Source: Oopsacas minuta (Eukaryota > Animalia > Porifera). From it: DNA of 64,000 nucleotides. How positions within the stretch are numbered: the first letter of the stretch is position 1; each line of letters begins with the position of its first letter. Positions 1 to 15,100 of the stretch are shown here, piece by piece. Made by a program: the position numbers and the translations under genes. A model generated the notes under the pieces. The model was not told where the DNA came from and did no database searches. It saw only the letters and a program-made list of their open reading frames with translations. The stretch lies in assembly GCA_024704765.1 (NCBI GenBank), contig JAKMXF010000302.1, positions 397,114 through 461,113 on the forward strand, written 5' to 3'.

Positions 1-480
1 ACTCACTAGCTAATAAATAATGCGAATAAAGAAATATATTCACTCTTGTATCACAAACAGGTCACTTATTTATTGTAATTTGTAATTTGTAATTGTATAC
101 AAACATTGAATATATACAATTATAGTCCCGAGACGCTATATGCCAATTTATTAAGCTTCCCATTCAAATCTATAAATAATAATATGTAGATATACGTGTT
201 CTACATAATATGTAATTTGGATAATTTGTGTTTTCACAATTATTATCTTTTATGATCCTTTGCTCTAACCATATAATGCAAATTCATTAGGAAATTATAG
301 ATCTTAAGATCCACTCCATTCAAATTAAATTCATGTGATGCAATCACACCACTTAGAAATATTGAGGTTTATAAGGTTTATAGCTCTTTAGGCTGATAGA
401 ATTGAAATAAGTACTCCTGCTAACTCTTTTTATGAACTATAATATCATTTGAAGTAGCTAACCCATCATATTCGATTGAG

Positions 481-2010
481 ATGGAATATTTTAGAAAAAA
501 ACTTTCATACAGCGTTAAGATTTGCTTCCTAGCGATCTGTGTTGGTGTTATGTATTCTCAAACAGTTTACAGTAGCGTTCTCTTGTCTAAAGCATCGAAT
601 AATACCAATTCGAGTTCTTGGTTAGATCATTGTGACAGCAATGTGTTTCCATGTTCCGATAAAATAGTAGGGAATATTGTTCTAATTATTTTCTACGGAT
701 TAACTCTTGCCTTTGCAGCTAAACTCATTTCGGATGGAGCTGAGCTTTTGTTGGATCTGGGTCTACCAGCTGGGTTAATAGGTGGGGTTATTCTCCCCAT
801 TTTGGGGGCGGTACCAGACTGTGCCATGATAGCTGTATCTGGTCTTGGACCAAAGGACGAAGCTCAAACTCAGCTGTCTGTTGGTATGGGCACTCTAGCT
901 GGCAGTACCATATTACTGCTCTCAGTTGCATGGAGTGTATCTCTGCTACTGGGACGTGTAGACTTAGTTAAAGAGGGTAATCGTACTGTAGGAATAGACA
1001 AACAATGCACAGGGTTTAGTTTATATAAACAGGGTGCTGAGATCTCCAAACAGGTTACTGTTGTAGCTATTATAATGATGATAACTGCATTCCCGTATCT
1101 TATAGTACAGAGCGCTGATTGGGTATTTGGAGCTACCAAACTTAAACAAGCTCAGCCATTGTATGTAAAGTATGCTGCATTAGTTACAATGATAATTTGT
1201 CTTGTCTTCTTCGTCATGTACATTGTCATACAGGTAATTATGTCTGTGAAAATCGGGACCGCTAGAGTTAATAGGCATCAAAAGAAAATGGTTGCTGAAG
1301 CAGCTAAGGCTTTCTACATGACAATGTTTGATAAAAAGATAAACGAAAAAATAGGTCAAGAAGAGAAAAATTCTCTTCTTGAGAAGAAATATTTCGGAGC
1401 CTGGAAAATAGCTGCTGCTACTCGTGTACCTGATTCATATAAGGAAGAAGATGAAGAACAACATTTAATTCCCAAAGAAAAGGAGGAAAAGAATGCGAGG
1501 GATCCAAAATGGTTGATAGCAATTAAATCAATTAGTCAGCTGGTGATTGGTGTGTTTATGGTCACATTTTTCTCAGACCCAATGTGTAATGCACTGAGTG
1601 CAATGACAGATGTGAGGAACATACAGCATATCCCGATTAGTTCATTCTATCTCTCATTCATTATTACACCGGTCTGCTCTAATGCTTCTGAACTTGTATC
1701 TTCTTTCATATTTGCACTGAAAAAGGAGAAAGAGAACATTGCTTTAACATACGCCCAACTCTACGGTGCTGCTACCATGAATAATACACTGTGTTTAGCA
1801 GTGTTTGCTGGTCTTGTATACTTCAGAGATTTAGAATGGTTCTTCTCGGCTGAAGTAACAGTAATTCTCCTTGTAGAGTTTACAGTGGGTATTACAGCAT
1901 TGGCATTCTTCAGAATATACTATGTATTCCTGCTATTCTTTATTATCCTGCTGTATCCTCTCTCGTTGGCCATTGTTGTACTGCTAGAGAACTTAGTTCA
2001 TTGGGGTTAA
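481..2010 (+). CDS. CaCA-superfamily Na+/Ca2+ exchanger-like protein of the NCL/EFCAX type, intronless, 509 aa, no recognisable EF-hand
   Basis: Uninterrupted ORF with about 10 hydrophobic segments. SDGAELLL..GLIGGVILPILGAVPDCAMIAVSGL and SFIITPVCSNASELVSS..AATMNNTLCL resemble the alpha-1/alpha-2 regions of plant NCL exchangers. Confidence 0.8.
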   Translation: MEYFRKKLSYSVKICFLAICVGVMYSQTVYSSVLLSKASNNTNSSSWLDHCDSNVFPCSDKIVGNIVLIIFYGLTLAFAAKLISDGAELLLDLGLPAGLIGGVILPILGAVPDCAMIAVSGLGPKDEAQTQLSVGMGTLAGSTILLLSVAWSVSLLLGRVDLVKEGNRTVGIDKQCTGFSLYKQGAEISKQVTVVAIIMMITAFPYLIVQSADWVFGATKLKQAQPLYVKYAALVTMIICLVFFVMYIVIQVIMSVKIGTARVNRHQKKMVAEAAKAFYMTMFDKKINEKIGQEEKNSLLEKKYFGAWKIAAATRVPDSYKEEDEEQHLIPKEKEEKNARDPKWLIAIKSISQLVIGVFMVTFFSDPMCNALSAMTDVRNIQHIPISSFYLSFIITPVCSNASELVSSFIFALKKEKENIALTYAQLYGAATMNNTLCLAVFAGLVYFRDLEWFFSAEVTVILLVEFTVGITALAFFRIYYVFLLFFIILLYPLSLAIVVLLENLVHWG

Positions 2011-2485
2011 TCCGATTTCTAAGAAGATAAAGTTTTGAGAGTCGCTTTCACGCTTATTATAGTTTCATATATATTCAGCTTTGGTGTATACTAGATTTGT
2101 ATTTTAGCGATATATTATTATTAATATGGGTATAGTCATTATTTTGTTATTAATTGCTCTTTGAAATATACATATGTTCCTCCTAGTACACTTGTCTATC
2201 TAGATTGCAAATATTATTTGTGTTTACAACTCAAGTATTCAGTGTACCTTCCGAATTGTTTACACCGTTATTCCATAGCAACTAAATTGTTTTAATACTT
2301 TATACACAAACCTGACTGCTATATAACTGAGATTATAAAAATGAGGAATTTTGTAAATCTAACAATTTTCTCGTTCATTTTTATTGTGACTTTACTAACA
2401 GAGGCTCAGAATTGAAATCGCCTATATTTATTCTATTATAATTACTCAATTAGTATTTTAGTATTTTCAATTTAAAAGTTTGCAT

Positions 2486-6002
<3,517 letters not shown>

Positions 6003-6238
6003 ATTGATACACATGAATTCGTATATAATGTATATTGTTTTGTTTAAGACATATCGGCGAATCGCTTAGTGATTAGTAGAATTGAATTTGACTGTCTTAT
6101 TGTGTTTTGATCAATTAACTAGCCGGCATTATAATCCATTCACACATCAACATGATTTAGATGGGGATATTACTTAAATATTTGTTTGTTGAATTTTAAT
6201 TAATTGAAAGCAGCTTGTTAATTATAATATAGCTATAG

Positions 6239-9200
6239 ATGGCAGATACTAAGTTCAAAGCTGAATATGCTCTAACAAACAGAAGTAATTGCAAGAAGTG
6301 TAAGGCAACTATAAACAAGGCGGAATTTAGGATAGCTAAACTTACTCCCAGTCCCTTTTCAGAGGGTGAATTACTAGCCCAGTGGCATCATCCTGCCTGT
6401 CTATTCCAAACATTCCAAAGAGTACGAGCTACAACTAAGATAATAGAAGAACCTGATGACGTAGATGGATATGGAAACTTGGAAAATGAAGATAAGAAGA
6501 GTTTACTTAAACTAATTGAATCAATTGAGGTAATTAATAATACATCATACAGGTAATTGTACGTACTTATTTATATTGATGTCGTTGTAGGACAGAATAA
6601 AAGTGAGGAAGACACAGTTAGCCAAATCACCAGGTGATAATTCTACAGTCACTACACCGAAGAAATCTCCAACAAAATTACCTTATACTACACGTAAGTA
6701 TTTACCTAAGATTATTAGATTTTAATTAAACGCATGTCTATAGCTACAAAACAAACTGGTAGTAGTCCCTGCAGCTCCAGAGATAATACTGATACACTTG
6801 GTTTTGAGGAATTCACAGATCTGTGTATCAAACTTGAGAGTAACTCTTCTCACATCGCTAAGAAGAATCTGATCCAAGAATACTTGTCAGCTCTACCAAA
6901 AGAGCATACAATACAAGCAGTACAAATGTTGTTACCAGCTCATGGCAAAGATAAATCAAGAATATACCATCTCAAGGTATAATATCATTATATCGTATTT
7001 CCTCGAATATTTATCTACTATGCACACCCCAATATGTATATAGAGCCGGCAGCTAATGAAATTATTCTCTGGTATATTCTCCTCTGATTTCGATAAGATG
7101 AATGAAATGACAGAACAGAATGGAGATGTGTCTGAGACAATTTGCTCTTTCTTTCTGACATCTAGCTCTGTTTCTCCAGCTGATTCGGCTTCTCTTTCTC
7201 TGACAGAGATTGACAAATGTCTAGAAGAAATGTCACAAGATGGAACTGAGAAACATCAATCTAAAGTTATACGAGGAATTCTCTCTGATCTAACAGCTGT
7301 TGAGCTTAAATACTTTGTTAGATTGATAAAGAAAGATTTGAAGACAGCTGCTGGAGTTAAACCAGTCATGGATGCTCTATCAAATGATGCATATGCTGCT
7401 TTCCAAGTTAGAATCATTCATAATTAATTGATATACTACATTTCTTTACGAATTTTCCCTAAGGCAAGTCAAGATATAGAAGACGTAGTAACGCGAGTCC
7501 TGAAGGCTAAAGCAAATTCAACTCCTGGTAAAATGAAAAAAGAGCTGAGTATTCGTACTAATGTTATGGTACCGATTAAGCCTATGCTTGCTGAGGCATG
7601 TAAATCTTACGCACATGCTTTCAAGAGATGTCCTAATGGATTCTATTCAGAGCTGAAGTATGATGGAGAGAGAGTACAGGTATAAATAAGAAATTATGTA
7701 ATTCTCAAATAAAATATGATAGAGATATTTACTAATGTATTCAGGTACACAAACAAGGCGATGAATTTAAGTTCTACGCTAGGAGCTTAAAGCCAGTTGC
7801 TGGCCATAAAGTCAATGAGTTTACAGAATACCTTCCTAAGGCCTGCCCAGCTGATTCAATAATATTAGACTGTGAAGTTCTGCTAATGGATCTGAAGACA
7901 AGCAAACCTCTTCCATTCGGTACATTAGGTGTACACAAAAAGAGCAAATTTCAGGTAAATTCTTATCATTACGTCATAAAAATTGTGTTATAATGTATTG
8001 CTACAGGATGCTACATGCTGTCTGTTCATTTTCGATATAATGTACTTAAACGGAACGAGTTTAGTAGAAAAGTCATTGAAAGAGCGTAGAAAGATTCTAC
8101 ACAAAGTTGTTACTGAGATACCTAATCGTATACAACTTAGTCAAGGAAAATTGATCGTAAAAGGAGAGAAGCATAAACTGGAAGAGATGATGAGTAATGT
8201 GATGAAACAAGGATTGGAGGGTCTAGTTATGAAAGGGGTGGAAGGGGTATATGAACCAGGTCAGTTGTATTAAAAATTTTAAAACAATTTATACAATCGT
8301 TCACAATTATGGATAATTTGTTAGGGAAGAGACACTGGTTGAAAATGAAGAAAGACTACCTTTCAGATGGAGCTATGGCTGATTCTGCAGACCTTGTTGT
8401 CCTGGGTGCTTATTACGGGACTGGTGTAAAGGGTGGCCTAATGTCTGTGTTTCTTATGGGAGTTCATGATACTGTAAATAATAACTGGTGTACAGTAGCG
8501 AAAGCAGGAAATGGTCTGGATGATAATGAAATACAAAAACTACAGACAAAGTTTGATATGATTAAAATAGGGAAAGATATGAGTAAGGTTCCATCATGGT
8601 TGTCATGTACTAAGACTGTAGTCCCTGATTTCGTGGTGAAAGATCCAAAGAACTCTCAAGTATGGGAGATAGTAGGAGCTGAATTCTCAGAGTCAAGTAC
8701 TCACACTGCAGATGGTATTTCTATTCGGTTTCCCAGAATAGCTAAGGTTAGAGATGATAAAGGTTGGAGGGATGCTACCGATCTACAGAGACTCAAGAAG
8801 CTGTATCAAATATCGAAAGAACACACAGATATTGGTATTCTATTCAGGTAATATAAGATCTATCGCAGTGTGGTTCCCAACCTTTTCACTCATGGACCAC
8901 AGGTTGGGGATCGCTAATCTATAGAATAGATTAATAGCCGAATTTACAAGAATTCATTGTATTTCTTATAGTCCAGACGAACAGTCGGATACAGAAATTG
9001 AAATACCAAAAGTAGGTTCAAAAAGAAAATCTCCCGCTACCAAGACAACGTCTCCTAAGGTAAAGAGAGTAAAGGAAGAAGAAACTAATTCTTTTGACAT
9101 AGTAGATCCACTACCTGATATATTCTCTGGTATAAAATTGTATATTTCAGGAAAATTACCTGTAGATGTTAGAAATAACCTGGAGAGATATATTATCGCT

Positions 9201-9347
9201 TTTGGTGGAGTGGTATTAGAAGAATTTCATAAGACAGAGGCTGATTATACAATCCAGCCAGGTGAAGACTTATCAGAAACCGCGAGTAAAACAAATCTGG
9301 TGACAGAAGATTGGGTTTGGGATAGAATCAAGTCATCAGCTAATTAA
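6239..9347 (+). CDS. LIG3: DNA ligase III, multi-exon gene span
   Basis: N-terminal PARP-type zinc finger (CKKC...WHHPAC), KYDGERVQ adenylation motif, EGLVMK, WLKMKKDYL, SIRFPR, and a C-terminal BRCT (LPDIFSG...EDWVWD). Confidence 0.95.
8866..8916. mobile_element. 51-bp hAT mini-MITE in a LIG3 intron
   Basis: Left CAGTGTGGTTCCCAACC, right GGTTGGGGATCGCTA. Flanks ATCTATCG and ATCTATAG form a 7/8 matching 8-bp TSD with central TA. Confidence 0.8.
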
Positions 9348-9482
9348 GAATTTGCATGCATTTTTAGTATATAAGAATTCTTATTTGTTCTATTCTGACA
9401 GTAATAGTTTCTTACTCAAATTTTATGGTTCATATAGCACGTATTTTAGCACAGAAATTCTAAATGTTACATTTTTATTTTA

Positions 9483-11867
9483 ATGGTAGAAATGGGATTA
9501 GTTAACTACACAATCTGGTTTGGCCTCTTACTCATAGCTACAGAGGTATATTGTGACGAATTCCCTATAACTCTCAACAAAATCTATAGCGGTTCAATAC
9601 AAAATGGATTGGCTAATTCTTATAACTTCACTCGAGAAGCAGGACAAACAGTTAGAGTAAGAACATTTATACCTGATAAAGATTTACAATTACCTCTCTT
9701 GATATCGATTGAACAGAGAAGATCAATTCTCTCCTGGACTTTACCTCTAAATCTGACTAAATTTTCACAATTCAGTTATCATCAAGTTTCCCGTACTCTC
9801 TGTTCGGACTATACGAACACATCAGCTGTAATAACTATTTGGGTATTGACTTCCTCTATACAGCCTATTGGATATAGTCTTGAGGTTACTGCTGTATCTC
9901 AATTCCATCTGATACCAAATACAAAAATGAATTCTACCTCTGTTAGTTTTTCCGGTGGATCTCCGTACTATATCAAGATTTCTTTCCCGGATAATTCTCC
10001 TTCTGACGTCATGAAAATATCTCTAAATTCTAATGATACGTCCTGCGTAATAGCATCACTACAGCCAGCTGAGTGTCCAATAGACGATCTACTCAGTACA
10101 GTTGAGTATAGAGGTGTGTATCTAACATTGAAGAAAACAGCTGATTTCATATTTACCAAAGAAAATGACGTCATAAACAGCACTAAACAGACGGTTAGTC
10201 GCTACCTAGTGCTTGTATCAGCACCTAATGAGAGGTGTAATACTAGTGCTTCTTTGAACTATTATCGATTGGAAGAAACCGGTTTCTCCAAAAAAGTAGA
10301 TATTACTGTAACATTACAGATGGCTACATGGGACTATTGGAGCCCTGTAGTAATCTTGCTGGTACTGATACTCCTACCATTTTTCATTCTAATCTCTCTA
10401 TTCATTATTGAAACAGTACTAATATTCAAATCAAAACTCCTTGAGAGACATTATCCATTAATTTTCTACACACCAGAACTTGAGAACATTTTGCCACCAG
10501 TTGACGATAGACTTGAAAACAATTTGTTAGTCCAACAAGACTTCACTGCCTCTACAAGAGGAGTTGATGGTATGACTAGGAAAGAAATGAAAACTACTTA
10601 TAATCTGGAAATAATAACATTACATGATTTAACTCGTAAAGAAGACAAATATCTTTTGAAGAAATATTGTCTCTATCTATCATCTGTTCTCATAGTAACG
10701 ATGTTCTATTCACTTCCTGCTTTACAAGTTGCTATATTCCGCGCGATTTTGTACAATGCTGGTGATAACGATCTCTGTTATTTCAATTTCAAATGCGCTC
10801 ATCCTCTCGATGGTGCTGTTTCGTTTAACAACATTTGGAGTAACATAGCTTACCTCGTACTTGGTTTAATATTCGTCGTTTTAACAGCGATTAAGCATAT
10901 CATTCGTAACGATAAGTATCCAAGAGAACAAGAAGAGAAATATCGTGATTATAGGAAGAGAGGTATAACTCCTTATTATGGGTTTTATTATGCAATGGGA
11001 TTTGCATTAATGAGCGAAGGATTAATGTCATCAATATACCATACATGTCCTTCTGGTATTAATTTCCAGTTTGATACTACATTCATGTTTATTATAGCCC
11101 TACTCTCTATTCTTAAACTCCATCAAAACAGACATCCAGATGTGAGTGTAAGCGCTTCTACAGCCTTTCTACTTCTTGGTTCTCTGATAATTCTTACTGC
11201 ATTCGGATTGTTAGCTCACGATAATGAATTCATTATCGTGAGAACATTCTACGCATTGATTGTTATTGGAATAACAATCTTTCTGTGTCTGAATATTTAT
11301 TTCTTCTCGCATCCTCAGTTATTCTTCACATCTGTGTTTGAAACTATCAGAGCACGTTCTCTATCTGTTTGTGCACGGTCAATAAAAAACGTTTTTTGGC
11401 CTACAGTAAACCGTCCTCGTATTGTACAAATAGGTATAATTTGCTCAATAAACACGATTTCACTAGTAGGTCTTTACTATTACAAGCTAGATGCAGCAAC
11501 TGCCCTACTAATGTTCATTATATTTAATCTCCTAGCTTACATAGCTTACTACTGGGTAATGAAACTATATTATGGAGAACTATCCCACAGACCAATTGTA
11601 TGGTTATTCTCATTCCTTATGTCTATAACTTCTGGTTTCTTCTTCACCATAGCTCTCGTATTCTTCTTTAGCTCTGTTACGAATTGGCAGTTACCGCCCT
11701 CAGAATCAAGGAATCTTAACAAGGACTGTGCTTTCCTTGATTTCTACGACAACCACGATATTTGGCATGTTTTATCGGCTTTTGGATTATTTTTCAATTT
11801 TCTATCAATAACAATGATAGATGACAATATAAGTGATAAACCTAAGGGTAAGATACGTGTTTTCTAA
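9483..11867 (+). CDS. SID-1 transmembrane family protein (SIDT/CHUP-1), intronless, 794 aa
   Basis: Signal peptide, large ectodomain and about 11 TM segments. Conserved motifs DLCYFNFKCAHP, FNNIWSN, SSIYHTCPS, FQFDTTFM, HQNRHPD, YDNHDIWHVLSA. The second ATG at 9492 is an alternative start. Confidence 0.93.
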   Translation: MVEMGLVNYTIWFGLLLIATEVYCDEFPITLNKIYSGSIQNGLANSYNFTREAGQTVRVRTFIPDKDLQLPLLISIEQRRSILSWTLPLNLTKFSQFSYHQVSRTLCSDYTNTSAVITIWVLTSSIQPIGYSLEVTAVSQFHLIPNTKMNSTSVSFSGGSPYYIKISFPDNSPSDVMKISLNSNDTSCVIASLQPAECPIDDLLSTVEYRGVYLTLKKTADFIFTKENDVINSTKQTVSRYLVLVSAPNERCNTSASLNYYRLEETGFSKKVDITVTLQMATWDYWSPVVILLVLILLPFFILISLFIIETVLIFKSKLLERHYPLIFYTPELENILPPVDDRLENNLLVQQDFTASTRGVDGMTRKEMKTTYNLEIITLHDLTRKEDKYLLKKYCLYLSSVLIVTMFYSLPALQVAIFRAILYNAGDNDLCYFNFKCAHPLDGAVSFNNIWSNIAYLVLGLIFVVLTAIKHIIRNDKYPREQEEKYRDYRKRGITPYYGFYYAMGFALMSEGLMSSIYHTCPSGINFQFDTTFMFIIALLSILKLHQNRHPDVSVSASTAFLLLGSLIILTAFGLLAHDNEFIIVRTFYALIVIGITIFLCLNIYFFSHPQLFFTSVFETIRARSLSVCARSIKNVFWPTVNRPRIVQIGIICSINTISLVGLYYYKLDAATALLMFIIFNLLAYIAYYWVMKLYYGELSHRPIVWLFSFLMSITSGFFFTIALVFFFSSVTNWQLPPSESRNLNKDCAFLDFYDNHDIWHVLSAFGLFFNFLSITMIDDNISDKPKGKIRVF

Positions 11868-12160
11868 TTGATAGTTTACTTGACATCATTAATGTATTAT
11901 ATCGAATTGTATATAATATCTTCATTAGAAGTATTATTTGTTTGTTTGTTGTTTGTTTCTACGTATAGGTTGTTAAAACTTTTTGCTTGAATTGGGAGAA
12001 CACTCTTTCTTATATACTATACATGCTATTTTATCATTAATCATGTTTCTTTTATCTTATATTAATTGGATGAGAGGGAAGAAACATACGTATGTATATT
12101 ATAAATTGGTGAGTTTTGAAGTTTTTAGCTTTCAATAAACTTCTTATAATCAATACAAAA

Positions 12161-13380
12161 ATGGCCACAAATTATCCATTGGATGATTCAATATATATAA
12201 ACTTTAGAAGTCCTCGGAAATTCGTTCCCAGACCTGTATCTAGAGATTCCTCAGTTCAGATTCAGATTCAGATTCAGAACAGGAATTAGAATCTAACCAA
12301 ACTCCAGTTGGAGAACATTTAATAAAGTTCCTGTATGTATCATTAGGTGATGTGGAGGGTGGGTGGGATTCAGATATTTTCTTAGAATCAAGAGACATTA
12401 AAGACGAGTATTCCTGTACCATATGTACTGGGATATATCGTGACCCAATAATGACTAGATGTGGCCATTTATTCTGTACTACTTGCTTTGAGAAGCATAA
12501 AGGTAGGAAAATTACAACAAACTGTCCTTTGGATAGAAAAGTATTAAATGCAACTGACTACTTTGCTGACAGATTCGTGAAGAAGCTAGTAGAGAAGTTA
12601 CGAGTACATTGTCCATTGGAAAAAGATAGTTGTCCCTGGTCCGGACAACTGTGTAATGTTATAGAACATGTAAAAATATGTGACTACAGACTAGTTCTTT
12701 GCAGAGATTGTAAAATGCGTATCAAACGGAATGAATTGGCAATGCACGAGAATTCACACCTTAAGGAGAGATGTAGTCTACTCTCCCAACAGTTAATAAG
12801 AGTTAACTTGCATTCAAAGTCTGAATCAATAAATCCTAGCCTAATACCATTAGGAGCTTGGGCCATAGTGAATAAATCCCTAATCAACAGAGGCAATTAT
12901 ATAACACCATTCTATTGGGTAGTGAAGAATGTTATCGGTCAGATTGAATCTTCTAAAGAGATATTCAGCCCGCCTTTCCTATCATCTATTAATGGCTACC
13001 AATTCTGTGTACGTCTTAACATGAGTGGTCATGGAAATGGGAGCGGAACACATCTCTCTCTATACTTGTATATCATGAAGGGACCGTATGATGACCAGAT
13101 AGTTTGGCCAACTAAACATGGAACATTTAAAGCTACTCTAATGAGCCAATCGGTCGAAGGAGAGGACACACCCTACTACACAAAGACTGCTTCAATCGGT
13201 AGTCATCCAGCATTCAGAAGGAAACTAGATATTGTAAAGAAAAACACATCAGCTGGATGGCCGATGTACATTGACTTTTTCGATCTAATGAATGAGCGTT
13301 TTTACGTGGAGGATTCCGTAGTAATAATGCTGGATATTCTATTCCCACAAGACTCAATTTTTCCAAGTACTATTCTATAG
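12161..13380 (+). CDS. TRAF-family protein (RING, TRAF zinc finger, MATH domain); 5' end uncertain
   Basis: RING CTIC..DPIMTRCGHLFCTTC..CPLD; zinc finger CDYRLVLCRDC..H; MATH domain FSPPF..GYQFCVRL..GTHLSLYL.IMKGPYDD...WP. ATG 12161 needs an intron to join the 12352-13380 frame. Confidence 0.85.
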
Positions 13381-13536
13381 AAGTTCCTTAAATTTGTATC
13401 TGAATACTATTGCTAATAACTTGACTATTACTAATTCGCGTTTGACTGTCTTAATTAAACTCTATGATATCTTAAGTATAATTCCATCTGCAATTAACAC
13501 AAACATATTATCTACGACAAATTCTATACAAAGCAA

Positions 13537-14930
13537 CTAAATCTTTTTGATATCTCCACCAGAAGCTACAGCAACTTTTCCTTTTGATTTTCCCTTCATG
13601 CTACTCTGACTGCTTTTTCTCCTTTCAATAGCTTTTTCCTTTGCTTTCTCTGCTAGCGGTACAAGCATTTTCTTCTTTCCTAGTAACTTAAGTAATTCTA
13701 GTATTACAGGGAGGTAGTTGTGTTTCCTTCTGATATTCTCTATTTGATATCTACATACAAGTATGCCATGCTTGCCAAACAGATTGAGAAAATATAGAAG
13801 AAGAATAGAAAGGAAATTACCTGATAGTTTTCGCTTCTTCCTCTGTGATATAAGTTTGTAGTTTCTCGATCTCTTCTTCAGCAGTCTCTATAATAGCTTG
13901 CAGCTGTTCAGGATCTGAAGATAGAGCTCCTGCTTCACTTGATTCTACCATCTCTCCCATCAATACAGCCTCTAGCAAACGAAAAGTTTCAAATAATTTA
14001 AGTCAATTCGTTTATCGAATAAAATCTGCCAAATATCTCACCCATTTTGAGAGCTGCGGCATCTTTTCTTTGTTCACATTGACTGATTTTCCTTTCATAC
14101 GCCATTTTCCTATCTGTTACAATTGCCATCAAATTGAACCTGATCTCCTGTTCTGGGAATGAACTTATCCTAGACTGCAGAGCTGTTTTTACTGGTATCA
14201 ACCAATTCTGATCTTCTGTTATATTTACTCCCAAGTCAACTGGTCCTTCTCTCAGTCCATCCAGCTCGTATATCCGCCCCTATACAGTGTAGTAGAATTA
14301 ATACTACAACACGATTATTCATAAATGCATGTTTACCATAAATGGAATATAAGCAACGAAATGAAACACGTCATCTCCTTCTTTAGCTTCTACAGGGTCT
14401 ACTGCGAACATTTGTGTACGAGCAAATGCATTATGTATCTCTTTAATAATGGTAGACTCTCCTAGCGTGAGTCCCTTGTCCACTGGGCTGAATGTTTGTA
14501 CGAATTCTCTGAATCCATTCAAAGTTTCTCCCAGTTCGATATCAGAATGTCTACAGTTTAGTAGTACACTCAGAATAGCTTGAGTAGCACATGCATTATT
14601 GATAGTCTATAGATGTAAATGGATTGATACGTTAGTTTATCGATTGTTAACTGTATGTACAATCACCTGTTTTGCGAAGAATAGTTCCATATCTACCGTG
14701 TTGAGTACAACAGTCCCAGTAGATGGGGTGTGGTCAGTCGGTCTCCATCTGTATAGAAAAATAAGCCCATGTACAGGACTGAGTCGTTCTTCTAGATAAA
14801 CCGGATCATCTAGATAGTCTAACACTAGAAGTTCTTCTACTTGTGCTCCCACACAGCCAAACCCTCTTATCAGCTCTGTGAACACACCAGGGTCACTCTC
14901 TATCAAACACCAGCTGTTACTACCGTCCAT
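13537..14930 (-). CDS. UCHL5: Ubiquitin C-terminal hydrolase L5 (UCH37), multi-exon gene span
   Basis: WCLIESDPGVFTELI, FFAKQVI..NACATQA, DVFHFVAY, EIRFNLMAIV. The last exon YQIENIRRKHNYLP..KAKEKA ends at TAG 13539-13537. Confidence 0.93.
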
Positions 14931-15100
14931 ATACTCTTAAACTAATTATTAAAATCTGAATTCCTATCATACACTTATATCACTAAGATAAGACATACAC
15001 AGTATGACGTAATAATTACAATTCATTTAACTGAGAAATAATATATAATTTCTAATAAAGACATCAAGCTTCCTATACGTATTACTTCCCTATTATTATA

